NCBI GenBank assembly: GCA_013239625.1
Contig: MU054391.1
Span: forward strand, 5,725,824-5,789,823
DNA length: 64,000 bases
From: Lama guanicoe
Taxonomy: Eukaryota
Direction of reading: 5' to 3'
Numbering within the stretch: the stretch's first letter is position 1; every line of letters begins with the position of its first letter. Under the pieces are notes generated by a model that was not told the DNA's origin, ran no database searches, and saw only the letters and a list, made by a program, of their open reading frames with translations. Below, piece after piece: positions 36,830 to 49,019 of this stretch. The position numbers were made by a program, and so were the translations under genes.

Positions 36830-37630
36830 CTGAAATTACAGATAACGAATACTGTTGGAAGATATGGAAAATGCTAAAAATTTAGAAGAAACAAGTATTA
36901 AAATAAACCACACAGGTTTTCAATTTGAAGGTTTGCTATACAGCTGGATAAAATACAGATGCTTCTAATGAGTCCCTGTTCATGGTAGTCAGTAGGTTGT
37001 TTCAGAAATGAAATGAGGAAAGAATTACTTTTGAGGAGTTGCTGGTAGGAAGATGCATATATATAGGGGAACATATATTCTCAACAGCAAATAATTTCTT
37101 TTATAAAAGCAATAGTTTTGGTAAAATTGTATCCACATAATCGTTGAAGGAGTGGCTGCTTTGACTAGAAAAACAAAAGAACTCGGAAATAAGGTTGCCT
37201 CCAGTGGCATGGGTAGAATCCATCCAAGGCCTCATTCACCAGCAGCAAGTGGCTGCAAAGGTAGAAGGCGGAAGCGAGCACATGCTCAGGATGCCACAGG
37301 TGTAGTTACTTTTATAAACACAAGACCTTTCAGATGTCCCAGGAATGTTGCCATAACCTGTAACGGGCTGAATATTCATCAAAGTCCTTTGTTCTACGTT
37401 GAAGTTTGTTGCATGTCTCACGGCAAAATGCTCAAAAGGACTGTCAGAGGTACAGATGAGTTATCTTTTTCTCTTTTTACACAAAAAGGCAAATACCAGA
37501 TTTGGACACGTGATGACCAGTGGCTGTCGGTAGTATATTGCCTGGCAAATATTTTTGAAATTGTGAATGCACTTAATTTGTTCCTTCGGGGTAAACGGGA
37601 TGTTTTAACCAAGTCAGCGGTTGTATGAGT
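36830..37630 (+). mobile_element. hAT-Charlie transposase remnant
   Basis: ORF 37152..37628 has motifs of Charlie/ZBED5/FAM200-type transposases (V.FIN.RP, Y.EV...SHGKML.R, DD.WL..V..LANIFE..N.LNL.L.G); the IHQQ..AAK motif lies in a different frame. Confidence 0.8.
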
Positions 37631-37719
37631 CAGTGGGTTGAGTGGCCTTATCTTTATATTTATGGTCACAGATGTCCAGGGGGCCCCAGATGATGCCTGG
37701 CAATTTATTACATTTCTGG

Positions 37720-38385
37720 TTTAATTCCCCCGTTTCCAAGAGATATTACACCTCTGATCCCTCCTCAGACCCCCGCCCAACCCTCCCAACTCCCACGTTC
37801 CGCTGATGACTTCCTTCCCATCTCACCAGAACAACCTGAAAAGCCCTTCCACCGCATTCCCACCAGTGCCCGAGTCTGCTCACACGTTCTCAAGTCACAG
37901 ATGTGTGGTCTACGCGAGGCCAACCCCTCGGCTTGGGCTGCAGGTCCCGTCCCCTCTCCCCTGCTCAGGGAGAGCCCCCTGAAATGGTCCCTCTCTTTTC
38001 TGCATCTGCATTTTTCTCTTTCTGAGATATGATAAGGCATGAGGCTCAGGACGAGGACCTTGGTACTTACTGTTCCCTCTGCCTGGAATGATGTTCCCAA
38101 CACGGCTCTTGCTCCCTTGCTTCGAAGCTCACCTCAGTGAGACCATTTTGACCACGCCATTTAAAACTGAAACCACCTTATAGCTTTCATTCTCCTTTCG
38201 TGCTTTATTCTTCTCCTTGGCACTCACGCCCCTTTAACATTTCACACATTTTACTTATTTTTAAAATCTCTCTCCACCAAAATATAATCTCCATGAAAGC
38301 AAAAACTTGTGTTTGTTTTGCTCACTGCTGAATCGCCAGGATCTAAAACAGCGCCTGTTTAATGAATAAATCAAGAAACGAACGT
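37720..38385 (+). mobile_element. L2 LINE 3' fragments
   Basis: tgttccctctgcctggaatg..ctccatgaaagc..ttgctcactgctgaatcgccaggatctaaaacagcgcctg..aatgaataaa. Confidence 0.8.
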
Positions 38386-38559
38386 GCCCAATGAAGGGAC
38401 AACAACAAAGCTAAATTTAGTGAGCATTCACTCTTCGAGGCTCAGTTAGAAGGGACTCACAGGTAATAGCCAATTTTCACAGAGGAGGAAACGGAGGCAC
38501 AAAGAAGCAGAAAAGGCGTGATTAGGCAGCCAGGTCTAACTCAACAACGGTTCTTCCCT

Positions 38560-39070
38560 CCAAAGCCCGGCGCCTCTCCGCTGCTCCCCAAGGCCAGAAA
38601 GGAGCCGGAGGGGAGAGTCTGGGGCGGCCTCCGCCGCCGCCCCCGCAGCCTGAGAGAGTGAGACCTGCCGGGCAAGAATGGCTGTCAGAACCGCTCAGAA
38701 AGACCGAATCCGCTCAGCAGGAGGCCCCGCCCACTTTCCCACTGCCGCGCTTTAGTTACCACCACTAGGAAAGGGATGCTGTCCGGGAGGGGGATGTAGG
38801 ATTAGCGGAGCTTCATCCCAGAGCGAGCGGAAGCTTCCCGCGGCCGCAGGAGCCGGAAATCCAAAGTCAGGGTTTGGTTTCCGTCCGGAGGGCCCTTCCC
38901 GCCGCTCCCGGAAGCTGCGCTCGCTGCCCGGGTAACGGGCCGCGGCGGCGGCGGCAGAGGCGCCGTTATGGACCTGGAGGAGGCGGTGAGAGGGCCGCGC
39001 GGCCGGGTGGCGGGGCGGGAGGGCGGGGAGGCTGAGGAGAAGGGGCCGGAGGCGGAGGAGCGCGCGTTTT
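38560..39070 (+). promoter_or_regulatory. TAF1B: CpG-island, TATA-less promoter of TAF1B
   Basis: Dense CpG; GC-box ggccccgccc near 38723; ETS/GABP-type CGGAA motifs at 38828, 38854, 38909 and on the minus strand near 38879; directly upstream of the ATG. Confidence 0.9.
38968..38985 (+). CDS. TAF1B: TAF1B coding exon 1 (MDLEEA)
   Basis: gttATGg in good Kozak context (G at -3 and +4); 18 nt; donor gtgag at 38986; in frame with exon 2. Confidence 0.93.
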
Positions 39071-40232
39071 GGGGAAAGAGGTTGGAGTGTCTGGCTAGGT
39101 GAGGTTGTGGGTGAAGGGAGGGTGGGGAGTTTGTGTTTCAGGAGGAGGATGAAGCTGTGGGTTTTGTGGGGTAGCCACCCATATGGCTCATCCTCTCTCG
39201 ACGGGACCACCCACAGGTTCCCTTTGATGCTGGAGGCTGGGCGAGGGAGACCGGGTTTGGAACCAGAATGCCCGGTAGTCACCCCCGGATCTCTCTGGGA
39301 ATCCAATCCACGGCCTTGTGCAGGGATTCCAGATTCGGATTATGATACTCCAGGGTTATGATAGTTATCAATATAGGGTCATGAAAACTTGACCAGCTTG
39401 TGGAAATAAATTTGGCTTGCAATTTGACACACTGCATAAAATGCCAGTCTTTGATGGTATTAAAGGAATATTTGGTAATTAGATCAACAATAATAAGATT
39501 TCAAACACCAAAGAGTTGGGAATCGGTAATTTATGCCAGTCTATGTATGTACAGAAGCATTATGGTGATAGAAAGCCTTACGCACTGTAGATGCTCAATA
39601 ATTGTTTATTGAATGATGAATGGTTAACGTCTATAAATGCTACATTAATGAAATGAACAATTAGAACGCACCGTTAGCCTGTATAGCAACGAGTAGGGAT
39701 CATGTCTGTTTTGTTCACTCCTGAATCCCCAGCAGCTAGATAAGTGCTTAGTTCACATATGGTTGGTTCTCCTTATATTGCTGAATGAACAACTCAAAAC
39801 TTGAAACAACCCTAATAAAACTCTAGTTCCTTTATGGTAAGTATGTGTTTTTAGTGTACTGGTGAAAGTTCCAAATGGTACTATTTCTGTGTTTTAAGTC
39901 TTCTCTGTAGTTACATCTTGTCACCATTTTTCCTTACAGCATTTCCAAGTTTTATTTACTTATCTTTTTTTCCCCCGTTTTATCCTTACCACCTTTTCTT
40001 CTTTTTTTCCTCTCACACACCATATATTTTAGAAACATGTATTAGTTTAATTCAGTTTCAAGCTGCTCAGACCGAACTGCTGTTCCCCTTGTTTACAGAT
40101 AATTTCTCTGATGTATTTTCTGTTTCCGATGATTCTTTATTGTAGGGTAAAATTGCAGGGAACCCTCTAAATAGAATTTCAGGGTTTATTTCAGTACAAT
40201 GTATTAAATATGGTTTTCCTCTTCTCTTACAG

Positions 40233-40331
40233 AAAGAGTTCAAAGAACGTTGTACTCAGTGTGCTGCTGTCTCTTGGGGTCTTACTGATGAAGGCAAATA
40301 TTATTGCACTTCTTGCCACAATGTTACAGAA
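40233..40331 (+). CDS. TAF1B: TAF1B coding exon 2, TFIIB/Rrn7-type zinc ribbon (KEFKERCTQCAAVSWGLTDEGKYYCTSCHNVTE)
   Basis: Pyrimidine tract plus cag acceptor, gtaagt donor, 99 nt; CxxC..CxxC; near-identical to recalled human TAF1B. Confidence 0.97.
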
Positions 40332-41929
40332 GTAAGTAACAGATCTCATCTGTGAATTTGCTAGTGTTTTAAAAATTGCAGTTTCAGCCCAATATGTGAC
40401 ACAGTTCTCAAAAAAATTGATCCATTCTTAACACTCAGGCAGTGCGCAAATTCCAAGAATGTAAACGGTCCTCAAGTGCTTACACAAGGGTTAAGGAAAT
40501 TTGTAAACTAGATTTAGGGAAAACTTTTGAAGTTATGTTGGGCCATGTATAAAAATGTTTTCCTGATTCAGACAGTATAGTCTAAGGGGAAATAATTGAA
40601 ATTGCCCTTAGAAGATGGTAGATTTCTTTTTATTAGTACTTAGTTGAGAGTTTTTAATGTGTTGTGGTAGGTAGTTTAGAGGTTTGGAGGATGGAATGTT
40701 ACAATGATTGAGGACTATTGAGAGTATTCGAAATATGCTTCCTTATCATTATGTCTTTGTACATTACAGTGTTTTCTTATCCATTAATTTATTTCCTACT
40801 TATAACAACCTGTGAACTCTGCTATTAAGCCTGTCTGTTAGAGGGGGCAGCTAGGGCTGGTCAGTTGAGTGAGTTTGCCAAAGTCACACACATAGAAAGT
40901 ATTGAGCCAGGACGTGAACCTCAGTCTTCTGACTTGTGTTCATCTTCCTCCACCACACCTGCCTCTTAGGATAGAGATTGGCATACTGTCCTGTGGATCC
41001 TTGGTAAATGAGGCTGCCGTCACACTGGGAGTGCTCGGTCCTGTTCTGGTTACCACACCTTCAGGGCAGTATCACCAAAATAAGCAAGGGTGTGGATAAC
41101 CTGCTACTGGACAAGCCTAACATGCCAGGACTCTTCTCTCTAGAAAAGCGTTTGCTCAAAGTCTACAGAGCCAGGAAGGAACAACTGTATTACCTTTGCC
41201 ATAAAGACATAAGACAGGTGAATTTGGAACAAATAAAAGTAACTTTGTGAACTTCTGGTCAGGATGGAGTAACAGGAATCTACCATAGAGAACTAAAAAC
41301 CTGGAGAAAATATACGAAAAAATAAAAAGAAATTTTTTTTTCTTAAGAAAAGTAGTTAATTTAGATTGCAACTCGATCACACAAGAGCTTTTCATTGTTC
41401 TTCAGTCTGCAGTGGAAGTTCTTATGTCTACTTCCCATTCAGTCTCACAGAATACTAATACGTACTCACTCGATGAAATTGTTGGGGTAGTGGATATGTT
41501 CATTACCTTGACTGTGCTGATGGTTTTGTGGATACACATATACACATACACACACATCACATTGTACACTTTAAATATGTGCACTTTGATCCTTTCTGCT
41601 TTGATGCATGTTGAGACATCAGCAGTTTTTGCTTTTGTACCAGCAGTGCAGTTTAAACACAGTGAAGGAAGAGTGTGTCTAAATGGACTCTTCACCATTA
41701 TCAGATGAAGTCAGCACACTATTTCTGTAGAAATTAAACTACATTAACTTCTAACTTCACTTAGAAACTAATCACTTCTTTTCTTTCTGTCTTTGGTAGT
41801 GTTTCTGTTCGTTTCTGTCAGATAGAATCTGCTGCAGTCATTTTTTAACCTGAAAGATCCTAATACAACTATTTCCACATTTGAAAGATATCAGCCCACA
41901 TGGAATAATTTGTCGAGAATGTAGCATTC

Positions 41930-42029
41930 CTTGTGAAACGAATATATGTACGTATATGCAGGACTGGGACATTGTGCTGTACACCAGAGACTGACACATT
42001 ATAACTGACTGCACTTCAATTAAAAAAAA
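41930..42029 (+). mobile_element. Short L1 3' end with TSD
   Basis: tgtgctgtacaccagagactgacacattataactgactgcacttcaattaaaaaaaaa; TSD aatgtagcattc at 41918-41929 and 42030-42041. Confidence 0.88.
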
Positions 42030-43810
42030 AATGTAGCATTCTTGAGGGTGGGCAACATCTTTATTTAGGCCAAGAAGCTATCCCAGTGCCTCCCCCGTGA
42101 TAGGCAAAGCTGTGTGTTGCACAACCTCAGTGGTTCTCCTGGCTCTGTGGCAGGCAGGCATTTCTTCATAGAGAATACGGCATGATTGGTGCTGCCTGGC
42201 ATGTGGTGGCCTGGTGTGGCGGCTAGGTGTGGCGGTGCTGAAGTCCAGCCGGCGGGGGGCAGTTACACCTTCAAAGAGTAGAAGTCATGATACAACTTTC
42301 CCTAATTTTCTGCTCCTTTCACTGCCCTTGCACTTACTCTGTATATAATTCTCATGTTCTAGATCCTCTCCACAGTCTGGAAAAGACCTCCTGAACTGAT
42401 AAAGGAATTAGGATGTTATCTTGGTAGATTTTATACAGGAAAAAAGTTTTTCAGGTCTTAAATCTGGCCAATTTATATTATAGACATTCTTGCAAGCATT
42501 CCATGGGTATTTAATAAAGGAGTAGGCCAGAATTATATGAGTTTAATAGATTTTTATAATCGTAAGAGCAAATTTATCTAGAAAATTAGGAAATTATGAA
42601 GATGAAAGCTAGAATCACCGGTGATCTCAATACACATCTCAATAGCTTCCATTTAATCCTTTTTTTTCCTTTTTTTCTGTGTATGAGAAGGTCAAGGGGA
42701 TGTGAGTGAGTACTGCTGAATCTTCTGTCTTAATAAATAATTTCCCTGTGTTATTCTAAACATTTGTGGACCTGTTAATTGACTGTATAAATATTCCACG
42801 ATGTAACCATTCAGTAATTTAATGAATTATAGCTCCAGTTTGGATATTTAGCTTTCTCTAGCTTTTAGTTGTTTCACATTTTATCTAATCCAGATTTTAA
42901 GCCTTTCTTTTCCTGCCTATTCTTTATAGGTTTTACCTGTCTTTGTGGGGTAACTGCTTTTGTGTGTATTCTGGCATGTCTTATGTTCTCAGTATGGCCA
43001 AGCCAGTCCACCAGAACTGCTTTGAATGTGGTTTCAGAGACTAGAGCGAATACATTCCAAAAATCCTGTTGTTAGAGACATTTCTTTTATTTTTAATGAA
43101 AGTTGAAGATAAATTTCATTCCAAATCTCTAAATTTAGACTAACATATAAATGTTCCTTGTTGGTTAAAAATCTTCATCTTTTCTCCATCATTTAATGCT
43201 TTTATATTTTGCTTGTGAGAGAACTAGAATCTTTGGTACCAGCCTTTGAGAGCGCTTAGAATTGAAGACTTTGGGATGAATTGTACTCACCGTTTAATCA
43301 ATCTCAAATCCTATAGGTTTGACTAAGAATAAAAAGTCGTACTTTTATAATTTCATAAATGAAGCTATTTTAGAGTATTATTCAAACACATAGAAAAGTA
43401 GGATGAAACTGATGTGTGTGTAGCTTAGGCATTACTGACTACAGTAAATATGGAAATTATATTAATTTCAAAGTATGTTTTGGATGGAGAAAAAAATTGA
43501 ATAAATTTGACTTTAGGTTTGTGGTTTGAAACAATTAAAAATTAATTTAAAGTAACAGTTTATTCATTTGACAAACATTTATTTAGTGCTTACTATGATA
43601 CAGACACAGGTTAGGTACTGAGAAGTCTTAACTCAGAAAGCAACATAAAGGTTAACCAGAATGTTACAGTTGATATAATTTTCCCCAAACATTACCATTA
43701 TTAGTCCTGCTATTCACAATTTAGACCATTATAATTCCCAGAGCATGCTTGGAAATGTATTTAGGGAGATGTAAAACTATCTTTCAATGGTCTGTTTCTG
43801 TTTCCTTCAG

Positions 43811-43898
43811 AGATCTAAGGAAGTTGTAAACACTGAGGCTATTCCTAATACTAAAATACAAGCCATCAACCGGGGGCTTAAAAGAAAACAAAAACTTG
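43811..43898 (+). CDS. TAF1B: TAF1B coding exon 3 (RSKEVVNTEAIPNTKIQAINRGLKRKQKL)
   Basis: tttccttcag acceptor, gtaagc donor, 88 nt, phase 0 to 1. Confidence 0.95.
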
Positions 43899-45560
43899 GT
43901 AAGCACTTTCTTCATATGTACTTAGCATTTTTCAGTTATATTTTCACTTTCCTGATTTGGGGATGTGCAATAGAATTTTAAATAGATTCTAGAGAAGTTG
44001 TCAGAATTTCAAGCAGGTAATCCAAAGTAGAATTAAAGTGGGTAGTTATTGATGGTAAAATTGGAAGCAGATGTCTTAAAGCATGTCCATTTTTTATTCT
44101 GCTTGTTGTTAATGACTTGATTTTCCAGTGGAGCAACTATTATGCAAAAGGCAATAGCAAAGGGAGCATATTTCCTTTTTATCTGTTGGCATATGTTTTT
44201 CTGTTCTGTATCTGTCATTATATGATTTTCTGTGCTTTTAAAAAAATGCTTATTTTCTGAAATGATTCAACTATGGAGCTGTCAGGCGAGGTGAGTTAAA
44301 CATGATATTCAACTTTCAGAAATCCATTTCTCACACTGAATTCTGAACACACCCTTTTAAAATAGGGGAAATTGTTTTCCTTTAAAGTAACCTCAGCATG
44401 GGTGTGCTTTGAAAGGTAATCTATTTCATTAATCCAATGAGTACATATAATTAACCATTATTGAGAAGAATCTGAGGTAAAGTTTAGCTGGTGCTTTTAT
44501 TTCTGTGACTGGTTGCCTAGGGCCAGATTCCCAAGCTTGAAACCAGGCTAATGATAATGTGGACTCTTCTACATGAGGTAACTTTAAGGATACCCACAGG
44601 AACTGTGTATGAAATGTTGATGAAATTTCTATATGAAGTACATTGGCATTCTTAGAATAACAGAGAAAATGCTTAAAGGCTAGCTCGTGTTTCTGTTTAA
44701 CCTTTAGTAATGACTGTTTTTATTGGGCTAAAACCTGATTAATTACATTTTGTTAGCGTAAGACCTGATTAATTTGGACTTGACCTATCTAAATAATTAA
44801 TGTGTATCATTTAAACTTGAATTGCCGAAGGAACTGTAGGTCCTTCAAATTAGATGTCAGGTCTTATATTCAACCTCTTTGCCCTTAGTGTCTTCATCTA
44901 TAAAGTGAGAGTGTAATACTGTTTGTTATATAGAGTCGGAACCCAAACTCAGAATTTAAAATATGACTTTATCAGTTTGTCAGAATAGTGTGTGGGAAGA
45001 AGCGAGCAGACACGGATACAGCTTGAAGAGTTTAAACCCCCTCACCTTTGGAATGCATCAGAATTACAGGCTTTCTGTTTTACTCATATACAACCTGAGA
45101 CCCTTTACAGAAACGGAGTTAGTCATCAGGGTGGGGAGACCTTGTGACACTGAGGTGAGGGAGGGGAACAGGAGTCCCTGAGACCTTCTGCTGGGGAGAG
45201 GGCATCTTGGAGTCATAGTAACAGACTTCAGAAGCTGTGTGCAAAAAGTGCTGATAACATACTTTTCAAAGAGTGACAGTATTTGTCCATCAGGGAGAAG
45301 TAAAACATAAGGGTCTTAACAGATTTTAACATTTTCTTTAACTGCTAGTTTTATTTAATCATGTAGTTCTATCTTTTATAGTGGCAGATCTCTTCCCAAT
45401 CTCTTAGGGTTGTTCTGAGGATTGAAGAAAATAACCTACTAAAAATACCCAGCAGACACCTAGTAACCAGGCAAAGCTCAGTGAATCTTAGTTTTCCAGC
45501 TTTCAGCTTCACCCTGTAGCCTGGAACCATCTTGAGAAAAGGAGAATGCTGCTGTACAGT

Positions 45561-45780
45561 TTTCTTTCTTCCTTCCTTCCTTCTTCCCTCCCTCCCTCTC
45601 TCCCTCTCTCCCTCTCTTTTTTTCTTTCTTTCCTTCTTTCTTCCTTTCTTTCTTTCCTTCTTTCTTCCTTTCTTCCTTCCTTTCTTTTCTTCCTTCCTTC
45701 CTTCCTTCCTCCCTCCCTCCCTCCCTTCCTCCCTTCCTTTCTCTCTTTCTCTCTTTCTTTCTTTTCTTACTGCCCTTTCC
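45561..45780 (+). repeat. Complex (CTTT/CCTT/CCCT)n pyrimidine microsatellite
   Basis: ~220 nt almost pure C/T; source of the low-complexity ORFs at 45369-45950. Confidence 0.95.
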
Positions 45781-46252
45781 TGCAGTCCTGGAGCTTCCCA
45801 TCTTGGCTTGTGTTCATTCATTCTCCACATACTCGTTGTTCCCTGTCTTGTGATTTGGAACAGAGGAGCGGTGGACCCAGTGGCTGTGTGTTGAGTAGCC
45901 TTTCATTTAGGGTTCTGCTGGGCTTTGTTCAGTTCAGTATACATTCATAAAACTTAGTTCATTTTTTTAACATGATGATTATTCATTTTTCTGCCTCACA
46001 CATTAATATTTCAGAAAAATTACAGGTTATTTATGCTATTTAAAATCTGATCAGTTATTAAAGTCATGTTTAGCTTTAGCATTTGGGTATAGATTCCCCA
46101 GACTGGAAGCAAGAGAATGTAAGAATGGAAACCCTACTCGGGTAGGAAAAAATTTCAGTTGTAGTGTGGAAAACACAATTGTAACCATGTAGCAGCCTTA
46201 TAGTTAGTAAGTTAGGAATGCTAACATCTGAAACATGTCATTTGTCACTTAG

Positions 46253-46350
46253 AGAAAGGCTGGGATTGGTATGTGTGCGAAGGTTTCCAGCACATACTTT
46301 GTCAACAAGCAGACGCCTTACAGACCCTTGGAGTAGGCCCAGAGTTAAAG
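46253..46350 (+). CDS. TAF1B: TAF1B coding exon 4 ([33 protein letters not shown])
   Basis: ttag acceptor, gtaagt donor, 98 nt, phase 1 to 0. Confidence 0.96.
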
Positions 46351-46791
46351 GTAAGTCCATTTGTACCTGGGTGTCAGCTTCACATTTTGTTGTTTGAAGA
46401 ACAGTAGGTTTAGAGTAAGACTGAGGAGAATAGTAGGGCTGTCAGTAATAACGAGACCTACTGGAAGAATCATTTTCCAAATGACTTTGCTTTAATCCTT
46501 TTACTAGGCCAGCAATTCCCGAAGTGTGTTCTACAGGATGTAAATAAGCAATACATCCAAAAGATAGATAAGAAAGGTTTTGGTCTTCAGATACTTAGGA
46601 AACATTGGGTTAAAATAAAACAAATAACTTTGCCCACTCCTTGGTGCCTTTTATGGGTTAATGTTCTTTAACTTTTAAGGGGACGTGGTATACAATGTTG
46701 GAGAAGAACACCCTTTGTGTGTGTATGTGTGTGTAGCATCCATGAGGACCTGAGTTCTAGAGAATGCACTTCGGGGAGTGAGACATTAAAC

Positions 46792-46970
46792 CAGTGGTTT
46801 TTAAACTTGAATGTGTGTAAGAATCACGGGGAGGGCTTGTTAAAACCACAGCTTGCTCGACCGCACCCCCGTTTCTGACGAAGTGGGTCTGGAATAGGGC
46901 CTAAGCATCTGCATCTCTAGCAGGTTCCCAGGGGTCCTGATGCTCCTGGCCCAGGAGCCACACTGACTTG
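46792..46970. mobile_element. MER5A MITE
   Basis: cagtggtttttaaacttg..agaatcacggggagggcttgttaaaacc..ctgcatctctagcaggttcccagg. Confidence 0.85.
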
Positions 46971-48215
46971 GCCGTCTCTCAGGTGACCATGGGATCCTGC
47001 CTGTTATTTGGATTTCATATTCCCTCAGCTAGTTGAAGCCATTTCTGGAATTCTTTAAAAAATTGGTTATCAGACAAGTAGTTATTATACAGTTGCTTTA
47101 TGCCCATCATTGGAAACAAAGTGCTTAGCAATTCAGCTTAGCTGGAGAGAGGATTTTATGCATATATGGAATGAGTAAACATGAAGTTTTATAAAAATAG
47201 GTGCATAAATAACAACAAGGGCAAACAGGAGGGAGGAAGGTCAATGTGTACTGAGGTCACGAAGAAAAGATTCGTACAGGAGCCTCTGCTGTTCAGACCA
47301 GTGTCTGCAGCAGGTCAGAGCAGTGGCTCCTAGACCAGTGTATGGCCTAAGCGGACTCTGAGTCTCACCCACGGTGGTTACTGCATTAGAGCAGGTTCCT
47401 GGCAGGCTGGGGACTTGTGAATGTGGTTTCTCCTGCGTAGTCACCCTGCGTATAGGTGCTTTAATAGCTTCAGGTAGTTACACCGAACAGCTTCAGTGGG
47501 GATTACTCCTGTATAGCTTTCTACCTGCTTCATCTGGGTTAATCCTGAAGACAGTTTCTCTGAAATCAGCCAATGAGCATAACCATTTAGACCTGACCAG
47601 TCTCATGGCACAGGAATGACATTAGGATTAGAACACGGGCTCCAGAATCAGAACTGACTCCAAATCCTGTCCATGGCTTTTCTGCTTATTGGCTGGGTCA
47701 CTGTGGCAGAGTTACTCAGTATCTTCAGTGGTAAGAGGAGGGTTAATAGCTATCCTGCAGTGCTGTGTTAAAGCTCATGGATATCTTGTCCCCAGTGGGT
47801 GATGAGCAAATGCACAAGTTGTTTCGTTTGTTTTGTTTTACTTTCACTTGGGTTGGGGTGGGAGGGTCAGTAGGTCACCAGACCCAGTGGTAGCTCTGTA
47901 GTCACATATAAGTTGCTTGCTTTCTCTGAATCTTAATCTACTTAACTTGTAAAGGAAGGTATTCTACTAGGTGACTTTAAGCAACTAGTCCTTCCTTCCC
48001 TAAAATGTAAGATTCAAAGAATTTATTCAGTGTTTTCCATATACCTGCTATTGAAATGACAACCCTTTTTAAGGACAATTAAATAAGAAAGGTAGGAACA
48101 CATTTAGATGGAAGGCAATATGTGAAGTATGAGAGATTAGAGCTTCTGTAGTATAGATGTGCCAGTGTATTTGTCATCATAACCTGAATCACCACTCATT
48201 TCCCTTCCACCTTAG

Positions 48216-48311
48216 AATGAAGTTTTGCATAATTTTTGGAAGCGCTACCTTCAGAAGAGCAAGCAAGCATATTGTAAAAACCCAGTTTATACCACTGGAA
48301 GGAAAACTGCG
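48216..48311 (+). CDS. TAF1B: TAF1B coding exon 5 (NEVLHNFWKRYLQKSKQAYCKNPVYTTGRKTA)
   Basis: cttag acceptor, gtaagt donor, 96 nt, phase 0 to 0. Confidence 0.96.
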
Positions 48312-49019
48312 GTAAGTCTGGGACGTGGAACCAGAAGACATTTCTAGGAAGAGGTAGAGATTAAGATGAGGTTGAACCTTTCCTGGGTTTATGGTGCTTG
48401 TCAGAGGATTTTCAGTGAAGAAGTTTCCCTTATACTCCAGAAGGATGGGGTCACTGACCTAGATGCTGAAATTAATTTTGACTTCTTATTTGACCAGTTG
48501 AAACATAGAGAAATGTGTGGTTAAGTTTCCAAATAGGAGCTTGAGGGATTTCTGTCACGGTGCTGTTAGAAGCTTTTTTGCATGTTATTCTTTTCGCTTG
48601 GAACACCTGTTGCTTTACCTGGCACTTCAAGATTCAGCTCAGCTACCAACTCTTCTCAGAAGCCATTAGGTGAAGAAAGCTAAATCTAGGTGCTTCATCG
48701 CCGCACCCCAACCATCAGTTTGCTTCTAACTGCTTTATAAATATGCCACGGGTCAATTTATTTGGGGTAGAGGAGGATTCTACTGCTGAGAAGTGCAGGC
48801 TTGATAAGTGTGTTTGATGTGTTTGATGTGTGATACTTACTCTCCAGGCCTGAGAAGAGATTCTGAATCTATTTGACACATGTTTGTTAAGAGCTTGGAA
48901 ACTGGGCTCAGTGTTTCCTTGTTTGGTGGGAGTCTCATAGGTTCCACGTGCAGAGTTTAGTGACCCAGCAGTGAAAGGATAGGTCCTAAGAAGAAAAAGG
49001 CTAGAAATAACAGGTAGAG

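Noticed and set aside
38752..39306. 184-aa antisense ORF across the promoter
   Set aside because: CpG-island composition artefact with no homology evidence; divergent non-coding transcription is possible but not shown by sequence.
45369..45950. Lys/Glu/Arg-rich and Phe/Leu/Ser-rich ORFs
   Set aside because: Translations of the pyrimidine microsatellite.
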